From Elusimicrobiota bacterium (lineage in GTDB: Bacteria > Elusimicrobiota > Elusimicrobia > UBA1565), in contig JBDRPD010000066.1 of NCBI GenBank assembly GCA_043827405.1, positions 32,001-96,000 of the forward strand: a stretch of DNA of 64,000 bases, read 5' to 3'. Positions 8,602 through 18,277 of this stretch are shown here, one piece after another. The position numbers and the translations under genes are program-made. The notes under the pieces were generated by a model, which had not been told where the DNA came from, did no database searches, and was given only the letters and a program-made list of their open reading frames with translations. Numbering within the stretch: the first letter of the stretch is position 1; each line of letters opens with the position of its first letter.

Positions 8602-10464
8602 ATGACCGATACGGTTGAGAAGATCGAGTTCGCGGCGGAAGTGCAGAAGGTGCTCGATATTGTTATTCATTCGCTTTACCAGCATCGCGAAATCTTCCTG
8701 CGCGAGCTGATCTCGAATGCGTCGGACGCGCTCGACAAGCGGCGCTATGAGGCGCTGACGGACGCGGAGCTTCTTCCCGAAGGCGAGGAGCTCGCGGTGA
8801 CGATCACGGCGGATAAAGAGAAACGCGAGCTGACGATTTGCGACAGCGGCATCGGGATGAACCGCCAGGATCTCATCGAGAATATCGGAACGATCGCCAA
8901 GTCCGGGACCAAGAGCTTCCTCGATGCTTTGAAGGAGCGGGGCAAGGAGGGGGCGCCGGAGCTGATCGGTCAATTCGGTGTAGGATTCTATTCGTCGTTT
9001 ATGGCAGCGGATTCGGTCACCGTGCGTACGCGGCGGGCGGGGCAGAAGAAGACATTTCTCTGGCGTTCGGAGGGCGCGGGCGGTTATACCGTTGAAGAGG
9101 CGGACGAGGCTCCCGTTGGTACTTTGATCACGCTGTGCCTGAAGAGGCCGGAGGAGGGAGAGATCGATTTTACGGACGAGGAACAGCTTAAGAGCATCAT
9201 TAAGAAGTACTCGGATTTTGTGACCTATCCCATCACGGTGGGAGCGGGCAAGGAGCCTGTCAACTCGATGAAGGCCATTTGGACCAAGCCCGCCAAGGAT
9301 ATTACCACCGACGAGCATGACGAGTTTTACAAGCACCTGACGCATGACTGGAACGACCCGTTGGAAGCGATCCGTTTTACCGCCGAAGCGGCAACGCTCA
9401 GCTTCGACGCGCTGCTGTATGTTCCGACGGAGGCGCTGATGGACCACTTCCATCCGCAGCGCAAGGGCGGGCTATGCCTCTATGTGAAACGGATCCTGGT
9501 TATGGATGAATGCCGCGACCTAACGCCCGACTATCTGCGTTTTGTGCGCGGCGTCGTCGACTGTCCCGATATTCCGCTTAATATCTCGCGCGAGACGATG
9601 CAGCATAATCCGCGCATAGTCCAGATGCGCAAAAGCATCATCAAGAAGGTCTTTGACGCCCTGGAGGCGATGAAGAACGACAAGCGGCTCAAATACGAAG
9701 ACTTCTGGCGGGCTTTCGGCAAGATTCTGAAAGAGGGACTATATTCCGATAAGGAGATTCAGGATCGGACAAAGAATCTGGTTCTTTTTGAGAGCTCAGG
9801 TAAGGATAAAGGCAAGCTGTCCTCGTTTAAGGAATATGTGGAGCGCATGAAAGAGGGGCAAAATGAGATCTATTACATCACCGGCGAATCGCGCGCGGCG
9901 GTGGAGAACTCGCCCTATCTCGAGGCGCTGCGGGCTAAGGGCTATGAGGTCATCTTCTTTACCGATCCCGTCGACGAGGTCGTGATCGAGAATATCGCGG
10001 ATGTCGAAGGGAAGAAGCTGCAGCCGGCCGGCAAAGGCGATATTAAGCTCGAGGACGATGCCGCCAAGAAGGAGGACAAGGAACGCAAGGAAAAGGACTA
10101 TAAATCGCTGCTGGAGTTCCTCAAGGGCAAGCTCGAGAAGCACGTTATCGAGGTCCGTTTTTCCGATCGGCTGACCGAAAGCGCGGTTTGTCTGGTCGCC
10201 CAGGAAGGGGGCTTGAGCGCGCGGCTGGAAAAGCTTATGCGCGAGAACCAGCGTCCCCTGCCCGCCAATAAGCGCATTATGGAACTCAATCCGGGCCACC
10301 CGGTCGTCGAGAAGATGAAGGCGATGTATGACAGCGACAAGGACGATCCGCTCCTGTCGGATTTCGCAGACCTGCTCTACGGCCAGGGCGCCTTGTCGGA
10401 AGGGTCGCCCTTGCCCGATCCCGCCGGCTATGCCAAGCTCGTCGCCAAGCTGATGGCGTCTTAG
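8602..10464 (+). CDS. htpG: Chaperone HtpG (Hsp90)
   Basis: IFLRELISNASDA, DSGIGM, GTIAKSGT, IGQFGVGFYS, LNISRE. Confidence 0.98.
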   Translation: MTDTVEKIEFAAEVQKVLDIVIHSLYQHREIFLRELISNASDALDKRRYEALTDAELLPEGEELAVTITADKEKRELTICDSGIGMNRQDLIENIGTIAKSGTKSFLDALKERGKEGAPELIGQFGVGFYSSFMAADSVTVRTRRAGQKKTFLWRSEGAGGYTVEEADEAPVGTLITLCLKRPEEGEIDFTDEEQLKSIIKKYSDFVTYPITVGAGKEPVNSMKAIWTKPAKDITTDEHDEFYKHLTHDWNDPLEAIRFTAEAATLSFDALLYVPTEALMDHFHPQRKGGLCLYVKRILVMDECRDLTPDYLRFVRGVVDCPDIPLNISRETMQHNPRIVQMRKSIIKKVFDALEAMKNDKRLKYEDFWRAFGKILKEGLYSDKEIQDRTKNLVLFESSGKDKGKLSSFKEYVERMKEGQNEIYYITGESRAAVENSPYLEALRAKGYEVIFFTDPVDEVVIENIADVEGKKLQPAGKGDIKLEDDAAKKEDKERKEKDYKSLLEFLKGKLEKHVIEVRFSDRLTESAVCLVAQEGGLSARLEKLMRENQRPLPANKRIMELNPGHPVVEKMKAMYDSDKDDPLLSDFADLLYGQGALSEGSPLPDPAGYAKLVAKLMAS

Positions 10465-11657
10465 TCGATCACCCGCAGGCGGATGGTTTCGCGGACGGCG
10501 CGCAGTGCCGCAACCACGTCCGAGTCGGATTTTTTGACGATATCCGTAATCACGTAGCCGACGTTATCGGTGGTCTTCAGGTACTGGCCCACGATATTGA
10601 TGCCGTGACTCGCCAGCAGGGTCGTGACCTGAGACATCACCCCGGGAACGTTCCGGTGGATGTGCAGCAGGCGGTGCGCCTTCTTGCGCACGGGCAGGCT
10701 CACGGGCGGCAGATTGACATTGTAATAGGTGTCTCCTGTGCGCACGTACTTGCCGAGATTGTCCGCGACATAAGCGGCGATCTCCTTCTGCGCTTCCAGC
10801 GTGCTGCCGCCGATATGAGGGGTGAGGATGACGTTCGGAAGTCCCTGCAGATTGCTGCGGAAGCGCTGCTGGCCGCTCTTCGGCTCCTGGGGATAGACGT
10901 CGACAGCGGCGCCCGCGAGACGGCCGTTACGGAGGTGCCTGGCCAGGGCGGCGAGATCCACGACCTTGCCCCTGCTCATATTGAGCAGAAACGAGCCGGA
11001 ACGCATCACCTTGAGTTCCCGGTCACCGATCAGGCCGACGTTCTGGGGGGAGTCGTCGACGTGCAGGCTGACCACGTCCGCTTTCCTTAGCAGTTCCCGC
11101 ATGGAGCGGCAGCGCCGTGCATTGCCCAGGTTGAGCTTCTCCAGAATGTCGTAGTAATAGACCTCCATGCCCAACGCCTCCGCGAGGAGGCTGACCTGCC
11201 CGCCGATATTGCCGAAACCGATGATGCCTAGCCGCTTGCCGCGGATTTCGTGCGCCCCTTGGGCGCTCTTGTCCCAGATACCGGCATGAACGGCTTTGGA
11301 CTTCTCGAAGATCCTCCGGAAGAGCATGATGATCTCGCCGATGACGAGCTCGGCGACGCTTCGGGTGCTGCTGTAGGGGGCGTTGAAGACGGCGATGCCG
11401 CTTGCGGCCGCCGCCTCGAGATCCACGTTTTTCGTTCCTACGCAGAAACAGCCGACCGCCAGCAGGGAGTCGGCTTCCTTGAGGATGTCGGCGGTCAGCG
11501 CGGTCCGTGAGCGCACTCCCAGCAGAGAGATGCCTTTAAGGCTCGCGCGCAGCTTCTTTTCGCTTAAGGCGCCGCTGAGGGTGCTGGCGCTGAAGCCGGC
11601 TTCTTTCAGCCGTTTCTCGGCGAAGGGATGAATGTTTTCTAGCAGGAGTGCTCTCAT
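10461..11657 (-). CDS. serA: D-3-phosphoglycerate dehydrogenase with C-terminal ACT domain
   Basis: GIIGFGNIG, TPHIGGST, HRNVPGV ACT motif. Confidence 0.95.
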   Translation of the reverse strand: MRALLLENIHPFAEKRLKEAGFSASTLSGALSEKKLRASLKGISLLGVRSRTALTADILKEADSLLAVGCFCVGTKNVDLEAAAASGIAVFNAPYSSTRSVAELVIGEIIMLFRRIFEKSKAVHAGIWDKSAQGAHEIRGKRLGIIGFGNIGGQVSLLAEALGMEVYYYDILEKLNLGNARRCRSMRELLRKADVVSLHVDDSPQNVGLIGDRELKVMRSGSFLLNMSRGKVVDLAALARHLRNGRLAGAAVDVYPQEPKSGQQRFRSNLQGLPNVILTPHIGGSTLEAQKEIAAYVADNLGKYVRTGDTYYNVNLPPVSLPVRKKAHRLLHIHRNVPGVMSQVTTLLASHGINIVGQYLKTTDNVGYVITDIVKKSDSDVVAALRAVRETIRLRVID

Positions 11658-11740
11658 AGGCGGTTATTCTACAAGATTGATTGGGAGGGTCGGTCCGCAA
11701 AACGCTAGAATAGCCGCTGTCGCATCGCAAACCGGAGGGT

Positions 11741-12949
11741 ATGATGATCTTCAGCAGGCAGACGCTCGAAAAGTACGCCGATGTGATGCTTTGGGGGCTT
11801 GAGACCGCGCGTAAAGGCGGTCGGCTTAATCCCTATGAGGCGGTCATGCTGCGTTATGATCCCGCGGCCCTGCCGCTCGCCGAAGCCGTGCACCGCCGGC
11901 TGCTGAAGCGGCGGCTGAACGTGGTCCTGCGCGCCGGCGCGAGCCCCGATATGGAGAAGGATTTTTATCAGCTGGCGGACAACCGGCAGCTCGCATTTGT
12001 TGATAAAGGGCAGAAGGAACTGGTCGAGAGCCTCAATGGATATATCGCGCTGATCGCTCCGACTTCTCTGACCCACCTGAAGGGTGTCGAGCCCCGGAAG
12101 TTCGGGGTGAGCGCTCTGGCGCGCAAGTTCCTGAAAGATATCTTTGATAAGAGGGAGGCGGCGGGACGCTTCAGCTGGACTCTCTGCATGTATCCGACCG
12201 AGGAACTCGCCCGGCAGGCGGGCATCTCCATCCGCAAGTTCGCCGAGCAGGTGGAGTGCGCCACTTTCATCGATCAGCCTCGTCCAGTGGAGAAATGGAA
12301 GCTGATCTTCCGGCAGAGCGCGCGGATCAAGAAAGGGCTCAACTCGCTGCCGATCGAGACGCTGCATATCCGCTCAAGGAATATCGACCTGAAAGTCCGA
12401 CTCGGAGAGAAACGGCGCTTCGTCGGCATCAGCGGCCATAATATCCCTTCGTTCGAGATATTCACTTCACCGGATTGGCGGGGGACGGAGGGCGTGTACT
12501 ATTCGGACCTGCCGTCCTTCCGGACCGGCAACCTCGTCAAAGGTGTGCGGCTGCACTTCAGGAAGGGACGCGTCGTCAAAGTCACCGCGACGAAAGGCCA
12601 GGAGTACGTGCGCAAGACGCTGAAGACCGATTCCGGCGCCTGCCAGCTAGGAGAGTTCTCTCTGACCGACCGCCGCTTCTCGCGGATCAGCCGGTTTATG
12701 GCCAATACTTTATTCGACGAGAACTTCGGCGGGCGCAACGGCAACTGCCATCTCGCCGTGGGCAGCGCCTATGCGGAGACCTTTACCGGGAGTTCCAAGA
12801 CGCTTACGCCGGCGCTGAGGAAGCGCCTCGGCTTCAACGACTCCTCCGTGCACTGGGACCTCGTCAACACCGAGGATAAGGTCGTAACCGCAGTACTCAA
12901 AGGCGGAGAGACTGTTACGCTCTACGAAAAGGGGCAGTTTAGAGTCTAG
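11741..12949 (+). CDS. Aminopeptidase, peptidase M29 family
   Basis: NIPSFEIFTSP, GEFSL, TLFDEN, HLAVGSAY, SSVHWD motifs. Confidence 0.9.
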   Translation: MMIFSRQTLEKYADVMLWGLETARKGGRLNPYEAVMLRYDPAALPLAEAVHRRLLKRRLNVVLRAGASPDMEKDFYQLADNRQLAFVDKGQKELVESLNGYIALIAPTSLTHLKGVEPRKFGVSALARKFLKDIFDKREAAGRFSWTLCMYPTEELARQAGISIRKFAEQVECATFIDQPRPVEKWKLIFRQSARIKKGLNSLPIETLHIRSRNIDLKVRLGEKRRFVGISGHNIPSFEIFTSPDWRGTEGVYYSDLPSFRTGNLVKGVRLHFRKGRVVKVTATKGQEYVRKTLKTDSGACQLGEFSLTDRRFSRISRFMANTLFDENFGGRNGNCHLAVGSAYAETFTGSSKTLTPALRKRLGFNDSSVHWDLVNTEDKVVTAVLKGGETVTLYEKGQFRV

Positions 12950-14976
12950 CGTCCGGCGCCGGTGTAGATATCCCGGCGGATTTGGGCCAGTAGTTCCTTG
13001 TAGTGCTGCTGCAGGGGGTCCGGCTTGTCCAGCAAGCGATCGAGCAGCTTCTGCGGGCCCGCATACGTCGTTCCCTCCGCGTCGATCACATAAGCCCGGG
13101 TCGCCGGATCCGAGTCGGTATGCCCGATCATGATATTGTCGGCGATATGCACATCCTCGGGCACCTTAATGCGCAGCTTGACCAGCTTGGCAAAGAGGGA
13201 TTTTACGAGCTCCAAGTCGGCGCTTGAGACGTTGCGCAGCGTCTTCCCGCGCACCCGTTCCTGCACGAGATAAGAAGTGTTCCACTCAATCCCGTTCTGG
13301 TCGCGCAGCAGCATGCGGCCCGCGCTCAGCGGCATGGGTGCGGTCATCTTATGCGGCAGCAGCAGCTTGCGGCCGTCAAGCTCGCCTTTCCGCGTCAAAC
13401 GGCTGACCGCCGTCGCCTCCGATATCTCCGCTGCCTGTTGGGCCTTGGTCAGGTATTTGAAGTTTTTTGGGCTTTTCTTGGGGAATATCGTAAGCAGGTA
13501 ATTCGGGAAGTTGGGATGCACGAAGAGCATCTTCGAACCGCTGCCGTCGAAGTATTCGAGAGGACGCCCTGCAAAGTAATATCCCTCCGTATGTCCGGGG
13601 CCTCTATGCTCCACATGGCCGACGAGAAGCGGATCGTCCGCTGGATTCATTGCCGGAGGGGCGCGGCTGCGTCCATCCTTCTGCGCGCCGGGTGAAGGGA
13701 CGCCCTTGCGCGCGGCGAAGCGGCGGTAGACGTCGCGGAAATTCGCCTGGAGATCGGAGGGCAGCAGAGCAAAGTGCGCGTTATCCATCAAGGGCTTAAG
13801 GAAGCCGGCCGTACCGTCGAGGATCATCTCGTCCGTGGGATTCTCCGATTTGGCGGCCGTGCGCAGCTCGTTGGCCAAGCCGCGTACCGCGCGCTCGGCA
13901 AAATCTCCCGTATCCAGATACATCGCCGTCTGGTCGGTATAGGCCAGGAGCCTGCCCAGCGCGATCCACTTGGGGGCGAGATCGGCGCCAAAGTGCGTTC
14001 TCGCCATAGCTTCGGCCTCGTTTTGCATCTTGGCCATCTCGTCCTTATTCAAGCTGAAATCGGTGAATTTGATAAGAGTCTTGAGCTGCCCGCGGCCGCG
14101 CTCGCCCAGGCCCAGTTGCGCCAGGAGGGCGCCGATATCCGGATCCTTGTCGATGTTCCGCAAGGTCGCCGTAACGCGCGCCGGGGTATTGGGCGCGCGC
14201 TGGGGATCGATATCGTGCAGCGCCCCGGCGACCAGAAGCAAAGCCTTTTCCGCCGGGGTGAGCTTCAGCGCGGCGCCGGCGGGGCTGTCGATGATCGCCG
14301 CCAAAGTGTTGGGTACGCGTACGGAATGGCTCGCGTTGTGATAGATATTCTTCTGGCTTCCGGGGTGCGTCACCTTCATGATATTGAGCAGGCGCGTGAG
14401 CGGTACGCGGCCGACGCCGTAGCCCATAAGGGAGCGGGCGAAGCTGCGCTGGCCGCCGCCGTTGGCCGCTCCGCCGCCGAAGCCCGAGGGAGCAATACCG
14501 CTTTCCAGGGCGGTCACGCCGCCGGTCTTCCCCTCGCGCAGATCTCCGCCGTCAAAGAGCTTATGACTGACGGCGGCGGACTTCTCGCTGCCGCCCTTTT
14601 TTTCGGCCTTAATCCTGCCGGTGCCGTCCTGAACAGTTTTTAAACCCCGTTGGAATTGCGCACTGCCGATCTTGAGTTCAGCGGGAGCGGTTTTTAGTTT
14701 CTGCCCTGCCGCGTTGATCGCCATGTCCTTGGGCGCGTTGAGCTGCGTATTGATCCCGCCCACGGAAGGCAGCCGCCCGCCGTCAAGCGTCGGAATCCCG
14801 AGACCGCCCGGCGTGTTGAGCGCCGTATTCGGCGTAGTCAACGCAGCGCCGGCGCCGCCGGCGCCGCCGATATTCGCTTTGGGGACAGGGACTTCAAGAA
14901 CGATAGCGGCTTGCAGGGATAGAGGAAAAACCAGGGGCAGGAACAGGCTGATTAGAGGCGGTGTTCGAGATATCAT
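12946..14976 (-). CDS. Hypothetical exported protein: signal peptide/low-complexity leader + HD-like domain + protein-kinase-like C-terminus
   Basis: Signal peptide from ATG 14976 (GGAG upstream; ORF track starts at 15063); YHNASHS..LHDID..TDQ HD pattern; YLVQERVRG..EDVHIADNIM..YVIDAE kinase-like pattern. Confidence 0.65.
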   Translation of the reverse strand: MISRTPPLISLFLPLVFPLSLQAAIVLEVPVPKANIGGAGGAGAALTTPNTALNTPGGLGIPTLDGGRLPSVGGINTQLNAPKDMAINAAGQKLKTAPAELKIGSAQFQRGLKTVQDGTGRIKAEKKGGSEKSAAVSHKLFDGGDLREGKTGGVTALESGIAPSGFGGGAANGGGQRSFARSLMGYGVGRVPLTRLLNIMKVTHPGSQKNIYHNASHSVRVPNTLAAIIDSPAGAALKLTPAEKALLLVAGALHDIDPQRAPNTPARVTATLRNIDKDPDIGALLAQLGLGERGRGQLKTLIKFTDFSLNKDEMAKMQNEAEAMARTHFGADLAPKWIALGRLLAYTDQTAMYLDTGDFAERAVRGLANELRTAAKSENPTDEMILDGTAGFLKPLMDNAHFALLPSDLQANFRDVYRRFAARKGVPSPGAQKDGRSRAPPAMNPADDPLLVGHVEHRGPGHTEGYYFAGRPLEYFDGSGSKMLFVHPNFPNYLLTIFPKKSPKNFKYLTKAQQAAEISEATAVSRLTRKGELDGRKLLLPHKMTAPMPLSAGRMLLRDQNGIEWNTSYLVQERVRGKTLRNVSSADLELVKSLFAKLVKLRIKVPEDVHIADNIMIGHTDSDPATRAYVIDAEGTTYAGPQKLLDRLLDKPDPLQQHYKELLAQIRRDIYTGAGR

Positions 14977-15034
14977 ACAACCACTCCAACCACGGTGCGT
15001 TTGCGACCGCGCCGCGCCACCTCCGGATACCGTT

Positions 15035-15063
15035 AGTGTAGCTCCGGAATGCGCATATTTCAA
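15035..15063 (-). promoter_or_regulatory. Sigma70-type promoter for 12946..14976
   Basis: Minus-strand TTGAAA-17 bp-TACACT. Confidence 0.5.
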
Positions 15064-15097
15064 GCCCGGAAGCAGCCCGGAAGCAGCCCGGAAGCAG
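15063..15097. repeat. Tandem repeat, 3 x 11 bp (AGCCCGGAAGC)
   Basis: Three exact copies plus AG, intergenic. Confidence 0.9.
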
Positions 15098-15098
15098 T

Positions 15099-15434
15099 TC
15101 AGCCGCCGATGCGCTTTACCTTATATCCTTCCGCGATGAACTCGCTCTCCAGGAAATCGCGGCGGTCTCCCTGCAGCTCCAAAACCCCGTTTTTGATGGT
15201 TCCGCCGCAGCCTAAGCTCTTCTTGAGCCGGCTGAGGAGTTTTTCCTTGAGACGGGGATGCATGTTAAGACGTTCGACGCGGGTTACTCCCTTGCCTTTG
15301 CCGCCGCGCTGAAAGGACAGGCGGAGAGGCTCGGGCTGGCGGCGAGCCGATTTTTCCCGACAGCCGCAGGGCGTGCGCCCGCAGCTGGAGCAGAAGTCTG
15401 GATCGGTCGAATAGACCAAGGGATCGCCGCTCAT
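15099..15434 (-). CDS. yciH: SUI1/eIF1-family translation factor
   Basis: LVYSTD, GGKGKGVT, LKKSLGCGGT, LELQGDRR. Confidence 0.9.
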   Translation of the reverse strand: MSGDPLVYSTDPDFCSSCGRTPCGCREKSARRQPEPLRLSFQRGGKGKGVTRVERLNMHPRLKEKLLSRLKKSLGCGGTIKNGVLELQGDRRDFLESEFIAEGYKVKRIGG

Positions 15435-15910
15435 CTCAGGTCCCGCGGGGCGCCCGCCGGTGTTCGTCGAGCACCGCGGACATGTTCCTTTACCAGGTCG
15501 GGGTTTCCGACGCCGTCAAAGCAAACTTCTATCCCGTCGCCGCCCGCGGATGATAGGCCGACGTCGCCGATGCCGATGAGGCGCTGGAAGAAAGTCTGTT
15601 CCAGCGTGATGTTCCTGATATCGCAGATTTCCACTTCGTCGAGGCGTCGTGCCAGCAGCCCGCGGCGGGTTATCGCCCGGTGATTGGTTAGAAGATAGCT
15701 GCTGCCGAGCCGGAGGATCGCGACGCCCGAGTACAGGAAAACAGCGCCGGCGAGGGAATAGGCGGCGTAGTCGTCGCGACGCGTCCACCATAATGCCGCC
15801 GCCAGGATGATAAGCAGGTCGGCGGTAAGCAGAGAGGCCCACCAATTCCACAATGAGGGCCGTCCCCGCCAGAGAGTCTTTTCGTTATGTGGGGGGGGAG
15901 TCGTCATCAT
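15431..15910 (-). CDS. Membrane protein with bacterial PH domain
   Basis: Two TM helices, then YLLTNHRAITRRGLL..IRNITLEQTFFQRLIGIGDV; start probably 15910/15907 (ORF track 15994). Confidence 0.8.
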   Translation of the reverse strand: MMTTPPPHNEKTLWRGRPSLWNWWASLLTADLLIILAAALWWTRRDDYAAYSLAGAVFLYSGVAILRLGSSYLLTNHRAITRRGLLARRLDEVEICDIRNITLEQTFFQRLIGIGDVGLSSAGGDGIEVCFDGVGNPDLVKEHVRGARRTPAGAPRDLR

Positions 15911-16562
15911 CTTTCTTGCCGGCCTTGTCGTGGCGGCGGCGGTTGCGTCGGACTTGCAGCCAAAATTGTACATCTTCCCAGTGCCGGCGCCCAAAGAACA
16001 GAGCGTAATTTATGAGGCCCGCGATGAGCGCTATGCGGGTGATCCAGCTTCCGCCAAGGAAACTGAGCACGATGCCGCCCCAGGCGAAGTAAGCGAGCCA
16101 TTTCACCTTTACCGGCAGGATGAAGAAGAGCAGCAGTTCGAAGTCGGGGTAAAGAGCGGCAAAGGCAAGAAAGATGCCGGTGTTCAGCGTCATGTTCGAG
16201 AGCCCGACTCTCAGCAGCAAGGAAGCGGCGATGGTCGCCGCGGCACCTATGCCATAGTACAGGTTGAAGCGGAAATCTCCCCATTCCCGTTCCAGGGCCT
16301 GGGCGTAAATAAAAAGCAGGTAAAGCCAGAAGAGCATCCACAGGGGGGATACCATCGGCGGGATGAATAAAAACGTGAGGGTGCGCCATACCTCTCCCCG
16401 CAGGATTAGTGCGGGGTCGAGTTCAAGCATGCGCCGGAATTCGGGCCTGATGACGCAGAGGATGTACACCGCCGCGTTCATCCCCACGATAAAAAGCGCC
16501 AGCTGCGGAAGATGCCAGTCCTCGAATCTCCGCTCAAGACGGTCGATCCAGTCGCTTGCCAT
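15885..16562 (-). CDS. Conserved membrane protein, rhomboid/Der1-like fold
   Basis: GEVWRTLTFLFIPP, FAALYPDFELLLFFILPVKVKWL; several TM helices. Confidence 0.7.
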   Translation of the reverse strand: MASDWIDRLERRFEDWHLPQLALFIVGMNAAVYILCVIRPEFRRMLELDPALILRGEVWRTLTFLFIPPMVSPLWMLFWLYLLFIYAQALEREWGDFRFNLYYGIGAAATIAASLLLRVGLSNMTLNTGIFLAFAALYPDFELLLFFILPVKVKWLAYFAWGGIVLSFLGGSWITRIALIAGLINYALFFGRRHWEDVQFWLQVRRNRRRHDKAGKKDDDDSPPT

Positions 16563-16631
16563 AGCACCTATTCTACTTACCCGCAGGGAGGCTGTCTAAT
16601 TCGCGGCGTTCATCTTTGATAGAATTATGCG

Positions 16632-17180
16632 ATGAAGGACCCCGGAAACATGTTCTGGATGGACTTGGAGATGACGGGTCTCGATCCGGAAACGGATACG
16701 ATCATGGAGATCGCCACGATCGTGACCGACGCTCGTTTGCGCACGATCGCCGAGGGGCCGGTGCTGGCGATCCGTCATTCCCGCGAACAGCTTGAGTCAA
16801 TGGACCCTTGGTGCATCAAGCATCACGGCGACTCGGGTCTGTCGCAGCGGTGTCTTGAGTCAACGACCACCTTGCGGGAGGCCGAAGAACTGACGCTGCA
16901 GTTCGCCAGGAAGTACTGTCCGGAAAATCAGATCCCGTTATGCGGCAACTCGATCCATCAGGACCGGCGCTTCGTCGTGCGATACATGCCGCGCCTGAAC
17001 GATTTTCTCCACTACCGGATTATCGACGTCAGTACGATCAAGGAGCTCGTTGAGCGCTGGTATCCGGGGCAGTACCGGCGGTTCAAGAAGCTCGGCAACC
17101 ACGAGGCGCATGGCGATGTTCTTGAGTCGATCGCCGAGCTGGCCGAGTACCGGCAGTTGTTTTTCCGGGAACCGGACTAA
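16632..17180 (+). CDS. orn: Oligoribonuclease
   Basis: WMDLEMTGLD, CGNSIHQDRRF, HYRIIDVSTIKEL, DEDDh exonuclease pattern. Confidence 0.97.
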   Translation: MKDPGNMFWMDLEMTGLDPETDTIMEIATIVTDARLRTIAEGPVLAIRHSREQLESMDPWCIKHHGDSGLSQRCLESTTTLREAEELTLQFARKYCPENQIPLCGNSIHQDRRFVVRYMPRLNDFLHYRIIDVSTIKELVERWYPGQYRRFKKLGNHEAHGDVLESIAELAEYRQLFFREPD

Positions 17181-17186
17181 AACGCG

Positions 17187-17516
17187 CTAGTTGTTTTTGC
17201 TGCGTTTGCCCGGATGTTTGTCGATGCCCTCGCATTGGCACCAATCCGGATGCGGCATTCCTTCCCGCCAACCCTTCTCTTCCAGATTGGTTTTTACCCA
17301 GCACGGATAGCACAGCATTAGGCGGTTGATCGGTTTGTTTTCTCCGCAACGGCGGCAGAGGCCTCGCTTTGGGGGGGCCGTTTTGCGGATTTTAGTGAGG
17401 TCCGGTTCCTCTTCTTCAAGCGCTTCTTGTTCAAGTTCCGTATCGGCGGCTGTCGCTTCGCCGATAATTTCCTCCAGCAATTGATCACCGCTAGGTATCG
17501 TGGTCGTGGGCATCAT
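17187..17516 (-). CDS. Hypothetical protein, acidic N-terminus + Cys/His zinc-finger-like C-terminus
   Basis: CRRC..CYPC..HPDWCQC; GAGGA RBS upstream. Confidence 0.65.
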   Translation of the reverse strand: MMPTTTIPSGDQLLEEIIGEATAADTELEQEALEEEEPDLTKIRKTAPPKRGLCRRCGENKPINRLMLCYPCWVKTNLEEKGWREGMPHPDWCQCEGIDKHPGKRSKNN

Positions 17517-17683
17517 TCCTCGTCTAATTTCGGCAGGATAAATATTTTGAAAATAAAAAATGCTTAATAATTATAGCAAAAACAGCATGTCGGGTGTGAC
17601 TAAAATTTAACAATTCTGTACTTGAAAATACATTAAATTGGACTCACAATTATAAACGGTGAGGTATCTTCAGGGGCAGCGGC

Positions 17684-18277
17684 ATGACAGACCATAAATC
17701 TGTTTCAAAAGCAGTATTTTTACTCCGTAAGGCCGCCATCGTATTAAGTGCGGCCGCCTTTGTCGCCGGGGTGGGCGAGATCCTCCGGGTGGCGGCGAGC
17801 GACCGCCCGCGCCTTATTGGGCCTCCGTTTACTATTGTCGCATCGAGCTTTGTCGCAGGTGGCGGGGATTTGCAGCCTGCCGGTTCAGGGCGCACTCTCT
17901 TGAGTTCGATCGGTGGAACAGGCATCCCCAAGATGGAGGGAGGGGATTTTAAGATCGGCACCGGGATTATCGGCGGCGTCGGGACTTCCGGCATCAATAT
18001 CGACAATGCGCACGCTTTCCCCAACCCCTACATCCCTTCCCAGGGGCATGCCGGCATTACGTTTTCTCAGCTGACGCAGGAAGCGACCGTGCTGATCTAT
18101 ACGCTTACGGGTGAACTCGTGCAGGAACTGTTCAAGACGGATGAGGCGACTGACCGCCTGGCGTGGTTTCCGGTTACCAATAAGCGCGGCAACGATATCG
18201 CTAGTGGAGTTTATCTCATCGTTATTAAGTCGGGCGACGGCCAGATCAAGACCGGTAAATTAATGGTGATCAAGTAA
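17684..18277 (+). CDS. Small exported protein consisting mainly of a T9SS-CTD/FlgD Ig-like domain
   Basis: AFPNPY..IYTLTGELV..W..N.RG..IASGVYLIVIK..GKLMVIK C-terminus; hydrophobic N-terminal segment. Confidence 0.8.
   Translation: MTDHKSVSKAVFLLRKAAIVLSAAAFVAGVGEILRVAASDRPRLIGPPFTIVASSFVAGGGDLQPAGSGRTLLSSIGGTGIPKMEGGDFKIGTGIIGGVGTSGINIDNAHAFPNPYIPSQGHAGITFSQLTQEATVLIYTLTGELVQELFKTDEATDRLAWFPVTNKRGNDIASGVYLIVIKSGDGQIKTGKLMVIK

Noticed and set aside
15891..15898. G8 homopolymer in a gene overlap as a phase-variation tract
   Set aside because: Short tract in a GC-rich genome; both frames are intact; encodes Pro runs
17594..17650. Possible CRP/Rex sites (TGTGA..., ...TCACA) upstream of the fibre operon
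   Set aside because: Only half-sites match at consensus spacing; AT-rich background
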